DNA of 22,215 bases. Source: a virus. Location of the stretch: IMG/VR virus record IMGVR_UViG_3300023203_000722, positions 1 to 22,215 of that record. One strand, 5' to 3'. The notes beneath the pieces were generated by a model. The model saw nothing but the letters and a program-made list of their open reading frames with translations, had not been told where the DNA came from and searched no databases. This document shows positions 1-9,288 of this stretch, piece by piece; positions within the stretch are counted from its first letter, which is position 1; each line of letters begins with the position of its first letter. Made by a program: the position numbers and the translations under genes.

Positions 1-10
1 TTACCTCCTT
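1..10 (-). promoter_or_regulatory. RBS (AAGGAGGT) overlapping the hub stop codon, for a further gene beyond the left edge
   Basis: The minus strand reads AAGGAGGTAA at 10..1, the same RBS motif used by other genes here. Confidence 0.55.
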
Positions 11-2295
11 TGGACAAAAGCACCTGCACCACTGAAACCCAAGTTTCCCAGGCCCTCCCTGGAATACATGGCCTCTGATCTCAGCCTATTTAATCCAAGT
101 AATTCCTGTTTCATTCGTAGTACAATTGATTTAAACCTTTTAGATGGTATGTTAAGGTCTATATCTGCCCTGAATTCTCCTTTTTCTAGATTTAGCTTAT
201 TGGTCATTGATTTGATTTCATGATTCCCTGAAAGAAGAACATGTGGAACATTTGTTATAATGTAATTAGCAGGGTTTAACTGCACTGTGCCCAGCATATC
301 TAATGTAAAACCAATATATGAGTAAGACCTGGAATCAACTGTATCTTTAGCGTCTTTTTCAGCTTCGGCCTGGGTTGTGGTATTCGTCATGTCTTTATAA
401 TTGACCCATGTCCCATAACGAAGCATACTATCTATATTAACATATCCTGTGCCAGCAGCTCGTTTTTCAGCATAATCAGGAGGATAGTACTTTCTGAATG
501 CACGGTTGCAAATACTGTTATTTCCAGTTCCAATCGTGGGTTTATAGGTGATTCCAGTCACGTCCAGAATATTTAATCCCTGTTTTGCTGTCACAACTCC
601 AGCAGATCCTGAAATCTCTTCAAATATAAAAACATCATCTTTTCGTTCAGCCCCTGGCTCGATGTATCCAGTGTAACCGACCAGTTCACAAACATCTCTG
701 ATGACTTCAATAGGGTACTGTGCATCAGATTCAAGGGTGGTTTGTAACATTACATCAGATCCAATCAATCCAATGTTATCGAACCACATTACTCTTTGTT
801 TAATTGGTCCGGGATGTGTTGGAATGGTTATAGTGTCTACAAACCTTATTTGAGTGATATAATATTCATCAGACGTGGCAGAATTATCAAAAGCATTCTT
901 TAAATTGAATTTAAATTCCTCTGGAATTCCAGATAAATTTAATTCAAAATGTCCAATAACTTTGCCTTCAACACGAGATGAATTAACCGTTATTGTGTAA
1001 TCCAATGCATCATCTGGAGTTTCATTCCCTCGATACATTGTTATAACAATGTTGAATTTGAAAGGATACACAGTAGAATTCCCTTTGGCCATGTAATCGA
1101 ATACAAGATAAGGGTTTTCTGATACTTTCAATGGTTGGGATGAATTACCCCAAATCAGTGCTTCACAATCTTTACTATTGTTTTCTGAACAATTACTCAG
1201 ACTTATGTCCTCATAATACAACATAAGCCCGGGTGGGGGCATACCTATTGATTTATCCTGTTTTTTATCAAATCCAGAAACACCAATACTATTAAAGTCA
1301 TTAATATTGCTCATGTCTTTTAGGAATGCATAGGAACCTTTGTATTTGTAAAATAATGGGAATTCAATACCTGTGGATATGTATTCCATGAATTGCATCA
1401 AATTGCTGAAATTATATCTGTAGGCATTCACGGCCAGGTCCTGGCCAGATGTACCATAACCTATCGCGAAATTCTTAAAAGTAGGTGCACGGTAGAAATC
1501 TGCTTCTCTACCTACACAATCCATTTTTAGCAAATCATCATTTAATGTGAATCCTAATACATAGCCTCCAAAGTCGGGTTTAGCATGCTTTCGATCTTCA
1601 CCCACATAAAAAGTTACAGCGTCCATGAAGTCGAAAATCATCCGTGAATACAAGTTTTCAGGGCATAAAAAGTCTTCTTTGAATGTAACATTTAGTTTAG
1701 CAGTGTTCATCTCAGCAATTGTATTTTTAGTGTATTCTGCAGATTGAGCTTCTAGAGAAGTGGAAATATTAGAACTCTCAGTTGATAAGATGTTAACACG
1801 CATGACTATGAATGATTCAAACCAAACATCACGTTCATAAAAAGAAGCTTCTAAATTATGCGTACCTGCATTTAGCCTATGGCGGCCAAAATCCATCCAT
1901 GCGAAATGATAAGCAGGTGTTTCAACACTTTTAACATCCACCAATTTATCATCAAGTTCTAAACGTAATTGTGGGGGTAGTTGTCCGGCCTGTTTGATGG
2001 CTTTAACCACTCTGACAAAAATTCTGTAATCGCCAGTTTTTTCAAGATATACTTCTTTTGAAATACTTCCTGATTGATAAGAGGAGTATGATGGAAACCC
2101 AAAGATAGGAAATCCATCATAACCACTTTGAGTCATATCTGCAGGTGTGCGGATACAGTTACTTCCAGGGAGGTAATAGATAGCGGTCACATCTTTGGCT
2201 TCAATTTCTGCTCGAAAGTATGGATCTTCATGGATGGTGACGGGATCCACACCATTGAGTAAAGGTATGAAGTTTACTTCTTTCATTCCATTCAC
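1..2295 (-). CDS. Baseplate hub / Tal-like tail protein with inserted beta-sandwich (CBM-like) domains, ~764 aa
   Basis: Second gene downstream of the tape measure. Hub-like segments (FGGYVLG...MDCVGR; EVIRDVCELVGY; LRYG...TTQAEAEKDA; FTLDMLGTVQLNP) are interrupted by aromatic beta-rich inserts. TAA at 1-3. Start is GTG 2295 or ATG 2286. Confidence 0.65.
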   Translation of the reverse strand: MNGMKEVNFIPLLNGVDPVTIHEDPYFRAEIEAKDVTAIYYLPGSNCIRTPADMTQSGYDGFPIFGFPSYSSYQSGSISKEVYLEKTGDYRIFVRVVKAIKQAGQLPPQLRLELDDKLVDVKSVETPAYHFAWMDFGRHRLNAGTHNLEASFYERDVWFESFIVMRVNILSTESSNISTSLEAQSAEYTKNTIAEMNTAKLNVTFKEDFLCPENLYSRMIFDFMDAVTFYVGEDRKHAKPDFGGYVLGFTLNDDLLKMDCVGREADFYRAPTFKNFAIGYGTSGQDLAVNAYRYNFSNLMQFMEYISTGIEFPLFYKYKGSYAFLKDMSNINDFNSIGVSGFDKKQDKSIGMPPPGLMLYYEDISLSNCSENNSKDCEALIWGNSSQPLKVSENPYLVFDYMAKGNSTVYPFKFNIVITMYRGNETPDDALDYTITVNSSRVEGKVIGHFELNLSGIPEEFKFNLKNAFDNSATSDEYYITQIRFVDTITIPTHPGPIKQRVMWFDNIGLIGSDVMLQTTLESDAQYPIEVIRDVCELVGYTGYIEPGAERKDDVFIFEEISGSAGVVTAKQGLNILDVTGITYKPTIGTGNNSICNRAFRKYYPPDYAEKRAAGTGYVNIDSMLRYGTWVNYKDMTNTTTQAEAEKDAKDTVDSRSYSYIGFTLDMLGTVQLNPANYIITNVPHVLLSGNHEIKSMTNKLNLEKGEFRADIDLNIPSKRFKSIVLRMKQELLGLNRLRSEAMYSREGLGNLGFSGAGAFVQRR

Positions 2296-2302
2296 ACATC
2301 CT

Positions 2303-4189
2303 TTAGATGATTCGTATCCTTTGATTTACTGGGTTTAACCACTCCAGGGCCAATTTGGAATAATGATTCTGGTTAGAGGATGGTAATGTGTTGTCATAAA
2401 ATCCTATACCTGTTAAACTGGTTGCAGGTATTTTGTTTGATTTTATGGTGGTTGGATACTTTTGTAAAATCATTGTACGCAAATTCTGTGCAGGGTTAGG
2501 GTTTGCACAGGTTCCACTACCTTTATCCCAGAACAAAGCATAATGAGTGTCTGACATTGAAATAGATTGATCATCTGCTGTTATTTCTAATGGAGTCCCA
2601 TCATGGTAACAACATGAGAATTTAGGATATGTTAAATCATTATATTCATGTTTGATGTACACAAATGGTTCACTACGTCGTAAAATCCATTTAGTCCTAT
2701 TAATGGCCAGTATTAGTTCTTCAGGAGTTTTGTTCAATAATTTAATGAATGAAATAGGTCCAATGTCCACGTTAAAGAATTTTTCAAAAGAAGCACCATT
2801 TATTCTGTGTATTTCAATACCTGTGGATGTGGGAATTATTTGAATTAAATCATTGTAAAACTTGCATTTGTCTACTTTCAAACTTTCTTCTAGGTTATGT
2901 ATTTCATTCCATTCGTTCTGAGGATTATTATTTGAATATAACCTTGGTGAACCATTGAAAATTGCCATTGGGTCACTCGCACTGTTTTGGAATGAATTGT
3001 CTGATTCTCCATTTTTATGCAAATATGAAGAACCACGACTCCCCAAACCGGTTGAAGCATTTCTTCCAGTTACAGGAATTTTAGCAACACTTTCAAGAAC
3101 CTGGGCCTGTGTTTTGTATAATTTAATTCTGTCTGTGTATACAGTGTGATTCACTGGTTCATGACTATGGTAAGTGAAACCTACAGTTAAACCCGTCATT
3201 CTACTGAGACTACAAGGGCCTTTCCAGAAGAAATCCCATTCGGAAGTTGTGGAATTCCACAACCAGGCTGTGATTAATCCATCTTCACCAACTAAAACTT
3301 TCCATTTGTGGAGTTTATTGTCATTTGAGACTAATACTTTAACCAAAGGATCGGTAAAGGGTTTAACAAACCGCATATCTCTAGAATTACTCCCCACATC
3401 ATGGATTATTAAAAAGGTATCTTGCCATCCTTCCTGGTCTAACCATTGTCCAGGTCTTAAAACAAAATGATGATTGTGCCCATCATAATAAGGTGCAGTA
3501 CTGGAATCTGGAACTTCTAAATCAAATTCTACATAGAATGGTGCATCAAATGACTGTTTGGATTGGATACTTCTGGCACCCCAACAGGGCATCCCTGGGA
3601 TAATAGCGGTTTGTACTCCACTCATCCCAAGTTTACCTCCAGATACTGTGTGACTTCCACCGGTCATGTTCCACATGGTGGCAGACCATTTGGATGTGTC
3701 AAGGGTTGTGCCTGGAAAATCATCTTCTAACAATACTAATTCTTCGGTTAAATCATAACCATGTTTTAATGGTGTTCCAGCGTAGGGGCTTGTAGTATAA
3801 TCCATTTCAAGGAATACATCCATGGCATTGTTAATTAATTCAACTGTTAATGTTGCTTTAGCTTCAAACTGGTTGATATTATCAATATCCACGTTGCGGA
3901 TGAGGTACCATCCTTTATGGTTTAATCGAACATTATCGTACTCTTCAGGACGGCTAGCTGTTGCATTTATCCACACAGGACCCCAATCTTTCTGTTTAGT
4001 GCTCCTGATAGTTATGCCTCCAGATTCTTCAGTACCTCCTCGTGTTATCAGGCCACGGAGTTGGTTTATTTTCCAGATGGGACCGGCGATAGTGAACTTT
4101 TCCTTACCATCCATGACTCCGTAATCATTGTTTTTTTCGTAGTAGAATCCTCTATCGAAAACTACAGGTCCGATTATACAAGTATTCAT
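2303..4189 (-). CDS. Distal tail (Dit)-like protein with inserted lectin/ConA-like domain, ~628 aa
   Basis: Immediately follows the tape measure. Internal LLEDDFPGTTLDTSKW resembles the start of GH16/LamG-type beta-sandwiches. Start moved from 4225 to ATG 4189, which follows GGGTGT. Confidence 0.6.
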   Translation of the reverse strand: MNTCIIGPVVFDRGFYYEKNNDYGVMDGKEKFTIAGPIWKINQLRGLITRGGTEESGGITIRSTKQKDWGPVWINATASRPEEYDNVRLNHKGWYLIRNVDIDNINQFEAKATLTVELINNAMDVFLEMDYTTSPYAGTPLKHGYDLTEELVLLEDDFPGTTLDTSKWSATMWNMTGGSHTVSGGKLGMSGVQTAIIPGMPCWGARSIQSKQSFDAPFYVEFDLEVPDSSTAPYYDGHNHHFVLRPGQWLDQEGWQDTFLIIHDVGSNSRDMRFVKPFTDPLVKVLVSNDNKLHKWKVLVGEDGLITAWLWNSTTSEWDFFWKGPCSLSRMTGLTVGFTYHSHEPVNHTVYTDRIKLYKTQAQVLESVAKIPVTGRNASTGLGSRGSSYLHKNGESDNSFQNSASDPMAIFNGSPRLYSNNNPQNEWNEIHNLEESLKVDKCKFYNDLIQIIPTSTGIEIHRINGASFEKFFNVDIGPISFIKLLNKTPEELILAINRTKWILRRSEPFVYIKHEYNDLTYPKFSCCYHDGTPLEITADDQSISMSDTHYALFWDKGSGTCANPNPAQNLRTMILQKYPTTIKSNKIPATSLTGIGFYDNTLPSSNQNHYSKLALEWLNPVNQRIRII

Positions 4190-4205
4190 GCATACACCCT
4201 TTTTT

Positions 4206-7200
4206 TTAGTCGAATAATTCGTCAACTACTCCGTTTAACTCCTCATGCACCACGTTTTTAATTTCCTTGATCAGACCATCTTTGTCATAGATTGGGCCGG
4301 TAATGTTAAACACGAATTGCAGCACTCTTTTAACAGGGTTTGCAATTCCAAAGCCACCAGCACCACTACCTGGTGGAGGTGACCAGGTTCCACGGTTTTG
4401 GAAGGCTGTGGTATCGAATGGTATTCCGTTTACCATGGCCCATACGTGTGGTATGCCTGTGGATCCCCAGGTTCCATGGGCCATATAGGCTGATAATCCC
4501 ATTGCCTGGGCCAGGGCTATGATAATCTGAGCGCCATCAAAACAATTGAATCGACGATCTCTTAAAGCCTGAGCATTACTTTTCTGATCCCCATAGTAGA
4601 ATTGATATGCTGTTCTTCCAATGATTGAACTAGCCAGGGCTGCGAAAGCTGATAAGCTTCCTCCATTTTTGAGTGTTGAAAGTGAAAGACTAACTCCTCC
4701 AATGTTCATCTTCCAACCATAAACGGTTGAGAGGATCCTGTCAATCCAGTTGTCACTGAAATCCCATCCACCAGCATAACAGTTACCATCATAATAGCAG
4801 GTATCATCATTTTCAGGGGCAGGACCTGCACCATATATTCTATTCTGGGTTGACCTGAAAACCATAGGTGCGATACCAGCAAAGAGACCATCATTTGAAA
4901 GTCCTCCACTGTAATTCAACACACTTATGTCTGGTCCTCCCGCAGCACCGGGCCAGGTTGTACCCCCATAGCCACCAGCACCTCCGGAACCACCGCCACC
5001 TCCGGTGATGAAGTCCCAGAATCCTTTCAGATGATCGTATAAAGTTTTGATAGGACCCCATACTCCATCCCTTATAGCAACTGCAGCTGCTAGCATACCA
5101 TTTTTCATCTGATTCCAGGCAGACAGTATCATACCCACATAAGGAGATACAGCTCCCCAGATCTGATTCATCACATTCCAGATGGTCATGAACACATTAT
5201 TCCAGATCCATTGTGTGGTGGATTGTATGGTGGACCAGGTGGATCCTATGAAACTGGCCAGGATGTTAATCACACCCATGATGACCTGGATACCGAGCAT
5301 CAGGCCCTGGGCTGCGAATATGAAAATGTTCATGAGCATGGTGCTAAATGTCTGACCAGCTGCATCACCAAAGAGAAGAGTTACAATCATGGTCAAAGGA
5401 TTATATTGAGCTATGAACTGGAACATGGCCATAAGGATACCATACCAATCAATACCAGAAGCCCAAAGAGTAATAGCTTCCAGTAAACCACCACCACCAT
5501 CACCCCCAAAGATGTAACCTATTAACACACCTATCGGGTTGAATTGGATTAACCACTCACCAATAGCCATGAAAAGACCAATCCAATCAACATTAACGAG
5601 CCATGACATGAATTGACCAATGATATCTCCACCAGCACTGAAGATTCCCATGAGACTGTTCCAAAAGAACACCCCTAAACCTATCCAGTCAATATTTACA
5701 ATAGCATTCCAGATCATACCTCCAAGATTCTGAAGACCCGGAATAATACCCTGCCATTCACCATCCTTGAAGAAAGCACCGACCAGAGCATCCCAAGCAC
5801 CAGTTAAGGAAGTGAAAATACTGTATAAAAATTGACCAACACTAACCAGAGTATTCCAGTACCCAATTAGTACCTGCCAGGCACCATTCAAAATCAATCC
5901 ACCGATCCAAGACAGGGCCGATCCAATAGGTGATAAAACACCCCAAAGGTACCCTGCAACTCCTCTTAATATTCCTATAAAGTTCATCAGAGCATTTAAG
6001 GCAGGGAAAAGTATGCTCCTTATACCTATCACAAATTGGTTTGCCACCGTGTCACCAAAGAGCAACCGGATCAGCATAGTAACTGGATTATAATTAGCGA
6101 AGAAAATGATAATTTGGCTAAGAATTCCATACAGAATCCCTTCTAAACTTACATTTTCAAGACCACCAAATAAGGCATTCCAGATGTATTGGCCCAATCC
6201 TTTAACACTGTTGTAGATAGCTGTAACAAATCCAGTAGCAACAGCTCCCCAATCAATACTCAGTAACCAGTTCCAAAGCATCCCAAAAGCATTCTGGAAA
6301 CCTTGAATCAAACCAACAAAACGCCCTTCACTATCAAAGAATGCTCCAAAAAAGGCTTTAATTGCATTGCCTGCCTGACTTATAATCCATACAAGTTTAT
6401 TGAAATTTAGAATTATGAAGAGTAAAGGATTCACAAAAATGGTCAATAAACCTAGTACCTGGCCCAGAGGATTATTCTGGAAGAAACTCCAAACCCGGGC
6501 AACAGCATTACCTAACAATCCAAATAAGTCAATAATGGCCCGGACAATATCAAAACCTTCTGTAGGAGGGAATAATTGATTCCATAATCCTTGGAAGTAT
6601 GAAATTAGTGGTGAGAAGAATTGTAATAAACCATACCAAGCTTCTTTAATCCCATTAATAGTAGCCACAACATGAGGATTATTCACGAAAGCAGCCCACA
6701 ACCTCATGACACCAGACCTAATGGCCTCAATCATTGTGGGGATGTCTTTCCACCAATGGAAATATTCTCCTATTTTATAGATTATGACTGCAGCAGCTAT
6801 ACCAGCTGCGATGAATGGCAATAATGGAGCCAATGCGCTCCAAATTGCCCCTGCAAGCAATATGAATCCTCCAGACGTGCTTATTGCTGTCACTTCAAGA
6901 CCGAAAAGAGGAAGTAACATGTTTATAAAGTTTAGAGTTGCGGCACTTGCTGCAGGGATGATGGTGGAAGTTAATATTATTCCAAACCCTATTAGTGCAA
7001 TGCTTGCTATGCCTATTATAATTCCTAACTGAACCCATCCTGGTAATGCAGCCCAACTACTAGATAACCATCCAATTACATTTTTAGCACCATAGGCAAG
7101 GTCTGCCAGGGCCATGGTAATGGCATAAATCAATGGAGCAGCAGGTATCAGGAAAGCTCCGAGGAGCTGGCCACCAGCAATAGTTAAGACTTGGACAGCA

Positions 7201-8069
7201 TCATCAAGACTATTGATTTCTTTTGCCATCTGGGTTAAACTACGCTGTTCCAGGACCTGATTGAGTGCAGCTATGATTCCTTTTTTATCTTCTTTATCAC
7301 CACTCCACAAGCCTGTGGCTTTAAGTGCATCAGCTGTAACTCCAATCTCACTTAGTCTGCGTTCCCATCCTTGGCCCTGATCTATTAAATCTTTGAGAGC
7401 TAGGGCAGAGTCCCGGGCCGATCTTCCTTCCATGGCCATTGCACTAGAAAATACTGCACTGGTTTCTATGAAATCTTTAGCTTCACTTGCATTCAGTTTG
7501 TAGATACGAGCCATCTTGGCAACTTCCATGCCGACCTGGTTCATGTCAGTTTTGCGGTAGATTGTTTGGAGTCTGGCCATCTCGTTGGTGTACGCGGTTA
7601 GTTGTGAGGAGTCCCATCCCATGCCTCTGGCCATTCCTGCGATTTGTCCTTGGGCATTGACTGCACTGTTGGCAACATTCATTATTTGCATGGCTAGGTC
7701 CATACCTAATGTGATGGCTAGCATTCCTGCTGTAGCCTTTAGCAGGTTCATTGCATTGTTAAGGCCGTGCATCTTTGATTGTGCTGTAGTTGCATTGTTC
7801 CCGGCGTTACTGGTTGATTTTGCTGTGTTTTCTAGTTCTTTGCCGGTTTTGCTGGTGGTTTGGCTGAGGTTGTTCATGGTCTGATTCAGACCATCACTAT
7901 TCTGCTTTAGCTTTGAAACCTCAGAGCTGGATCCACTTGCTCCTTTCTGGAGGCCATTTAATTCAGATTGTAAGGATGTTGCTTTTGATTTAGCACCGCT
8001 TAACCCCTGAGTAAAATTGGTAATATCCAGAGTTAGGAATGATTTAATTTCTCGTCCACCGAAAGCCAT
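4206..8069 (-). CDS. Tail tape measure protein with C-terminal transglutaminase-like (Pei-type) cysteine protease domain, ~1287 aa
   Basis: N-terminal coiled coil, Ala/Gly-rich helical body, long hydrophobic segments, Trp-periodic repeats. NCFD / PHVW / FDTT triad near the C-terminus. ATG 8069 follows GGAG; ORF track start is 8084. Confidence 0.92.
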   Translation of the reverse strand: MAFGGREIKSFLTLDITNFTQGLSGAKSKATSLQSELNGLQKGASGSSSEVSKLKQNSDGLNQTMNNLSQTTSKTGKELENTAKSTSNAGNNATTAQSKMHGLNNAMNLLKATAGMLAITLGMDLAMQIMNVANSAVNAQGQIAGMARGMGWDSSQLTAYTNEMARLQTIYRKTDMNQVGMEVAKMARIYKLNASEAKDFIETSAVFSSAMAMEGRSARDSALALKDLIDQGQGWERRLSEIGVTADALKATGLWSGDKEDKKGIIAALNQVLEQRSLTQMAKEINSLDDAVQVLTIAGGQLLGAFLIPAAPLIYAITMALADLAYGAKNVIGWLSSSWAALPGWVQLGIIIGIASIALIGFGIILTSTIIPAASAATLNFINMLLPLFGLEVTAISTSGGFILLAGAIWSALAPLLPFIAAGIAAAVIIYKIGEYFHWWKDIPTMIEAIRSGVMRLWAAFVNNPHVVATINGIKEAWYGLLQFFSPLISYFQGLWNQLFPPTEGFDIVRAIIDLFGLLGNAVARVWSFFQNNPLGQVLGLLTIFVNPLLFIILNFNKLVWIISQAGNAIKAFFGAFFDSEGRFVGLIQGFQNAFGMLWNWLLSIDWGAVATGFVTAIYNSVKGLGQYIWNALFGGLENVSLEGILYGILSQIIIFFANYNPVTMLIRLLFGDTVANQFVIGIRSILFPALNALMNFIGILRGVAGYLWGVLSPIGSALSWIGGLILNGAWQVLIGYWNTLVSVGQFLYSIFTSLTGAWDALVGAFFKDGEWQGIIPGLQNLGGMIWNAIVNIDWIGLGVFFWNSLMGIFSAGGDIIGQFMSWLVNVDWIGLFMAIGEWLIQFNPIGVLIGYIFGGDGGGGLLEAITLWASGIDWYGILMAMFQFIAQYNPLTMIVTLLFGDAAGQTFSTMLMNIFIFAAQGLMLGIQVIMGVINILASFIGSTWSTIQSTTQWIWNNVFMTIWNVMNQIWGAVSPYVGMILSAWNQMKNGMLAAAVAIRDGVWGPIKTLYDHLKGFWDFITGGGGGSGGAGGYGGTTWPGAAGGPDISVLNYSGGLSNDGLFAGIAPMVFRSTQNRIYGAGPAPENDDTCYYDGNCYAGGWDFSDNWIDRILSTVYGWKMNIGGVSLSLSTLKNGGSLSAFAALASSIIGRTAYQFYYGDQKSNAQALRDRRFNCFDGAQIIIALAQAMGLSAYMAHGTWGSTGIPHVWAMVNGIPFDTTAFQNRGTWSPPPGSGAGGFGIANPVKRVLQFVFNITGPIYDKDGLIKEIKNVVHEELNGVVDELFD
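5360..6350 (-). repeat. Internal protein-level repeats in the tape measure (IDWxG and YNPxTMxxxLLFGD units)
   Basis: GAFFDSEGRFVGLIQGFQNAFGMLWNWLLSIDWG versus GAFFKDGEWQGIIPGLQNLGGMIWNAIVNIDWIG; NYNPVTMLIRLLFGD versus QYNPLTMIVTLLFGD. Confidence 0.75.
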
Positions 8070-8088
8070 GATAAAAGACTCCATTAAG

Positions 8089-8144
8089 TGACTACAAAAT
8101 AGGGGTTTTTATATACAAAATTTAAATATAATGACTACAAAATA
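8089..8144 (+). repeat. 13-bp direct repeat TGACTACAAAATA (8089-8101, 8132-8144) with a central TACAAAAT copy (8114-8121); candidate operator array
   Basis: Read directly. TACAAAAT cores start at 8093, 8114 and 8136 (spacing 21 and 22 bp). Confidence 0.8.
8115..8128 (+). promoter_or_regulatory. Archaeal BRE-TATA promoter for the plus-strand cassette
   Basis: ACAAAA (fits RNWAAW) directly followed by TTTAAATA, about 40 bp upstream of ATG 8169. Confidence 0.55.
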
Positions 8145-8168
8145 ATAATTACAAGAATCAAATCGAAG

Positions 8169-8360
8169 ATGATAAAAATGGGGAATAATATACCAACAAG
8201 CGTGAGAATACCATCTGAATTTAAAGATGATATTGAATTATTAGCAAAACATAGGGGAAAATCTGTCTCTAAAACAATCATCACAGCAATAGAATATTAC
8301 ATAGCTCACGAATATGACCTAATACGCATGTTAAAACTTAAAAAACTTGAAGAGGTATAA
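8169..8360 (+). CDS. Ribbon-helix-helix (CopG/Arc/MetJ-like) DNA-binding protein
   Basis: PTSVRIPSEFKDDIELLAKHRGKSVSKTIITAIEYY has the strand-helix-G-x-S-helix RHH pattern. Start is 8169 or 8178. Confidence 0.85.
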   Translation: MIKMGNNIPTSVRIPSEFKDDIELLAKHRGKSVSKTIITAIEYYIAHEYDLIRMLKLKKLEEV

Positions 8361-8362
8361 AA

Positions 8363-9211
8363 ATGGGGGATTATACAACTAAAAAAAATTTAAAGAAATA
8401 TTTGAAGAAAAGATTAGGATCTGATTTAGGGGGAGCAAGTAAAGAAATTCGTGAACTCTTTGGAGCAAGCATGATGTCTGTTAGTAAAAACCAAAAAGCA
8501 AATTTGTTTGCTCTCCGTTTACGTACAGAAATCAAACCACAACTAGATAATGGGAGTATAACTTCTATTGAACAATTAGATGAAATAATTAATGAACAAT
8601 TCTCAACCTTACGACAAGTCATGCAATGTCCTCCTCTTAAGATCAAGATTTATAAACCTTCAACCAAAGCAATTGTGTCTGCCCATCGTGGAACTAAAAA
8701 AGCCGGAGGAGCTTTAGCAGGGGGATTACTTTTAGGCCCAGTAGGGGCAATTGCAGGGTATGCACTTGCTAGCGGTGATGGGAGCACAACTAAAGAAAGT
8801 ATCATTAACAACAATAAAACTTTTGAAAATGCTCGTATTGCGATATATGATAATAAACTTCAAATTTACAACAAAATGGTGTGCCATGAAGGCACTATCC
8901 TTTTTAATGACATTAACTCCATTGATTGGAATGAAAGAGGTCGTGTATTTCGACTTAAAACAAATGGGTATGGTACTATTGTGATTTCAAGTAAAAACAC
9001 ATCTCTTAATTCTTTGTTTGATGAGTTGATGTTAAAATTCAACGAATTTGAGCCCCAAGTATCCAACAAGGAAACTGAAGCCCCCAAACCCAAACTAAGT
9101 AATCATGACCCTTTTGACACTCTTAAAAAGCTTCATGAATTACATGTTTCTGGAATACTCACTGAAGAAGAGTATAAATCCAAAAAAGCTCAATTATTAA
9201 ATCAAATTTGA
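8363..9211 (+). CDS. SHOCT-domain protein with glycine zipper and possible PH-like domain, 282 aa
   Basis: C-terminal DPFDTLKKLHELHVSGILTEEEYKSKKAQLL matches SHOCT. GGALAGGLLLGPVGAIAG is a glycine zipper. RBS GAGGT just upstream; starts 2 nt after the RHH stop. Confidence 0.8.
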   Translation: MGDYTTKKNLKKYLKKRLGSDLGGASKEIRELFGASMMSVSKNQKANLFALRLRTEIKPQLDNGSITSIEQLDEIINEQFSTLRQVMQCPPLKIKIYKPSTKAIVSAHRGTKKAGGALAGGLLLGPVGAIAGYALASGDGSTTKESIINNNKTFENARIAIYDNKLQIYNKMVCHEGTILFNDINSIDWNERGRVFRLKTNGYGTIVISSKNTSLNSLFDELMLKFNEFEPQVSNKETEAPKPKLSNHDPFDTLKKLHELHVSGILTEEEYKSKKAQLLNQI

Positions 9212-9288
9212 TTATAAATCTAAACTGCTAATTTTTTATAGTTAATGTGAAAGTAAAGTATTATAACTATTAATGGGGAGGCTTTAAA

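Noticed and set aside
2652-7884. Numerous 60-100 aa plus-strand ORFs and the 4706-4909 minus ORF inside the Dit and tape measure genes
   Set aside because: They are fully nested in long, coherent genes, lack RBS or motifs, and are expected shadow ORFs.
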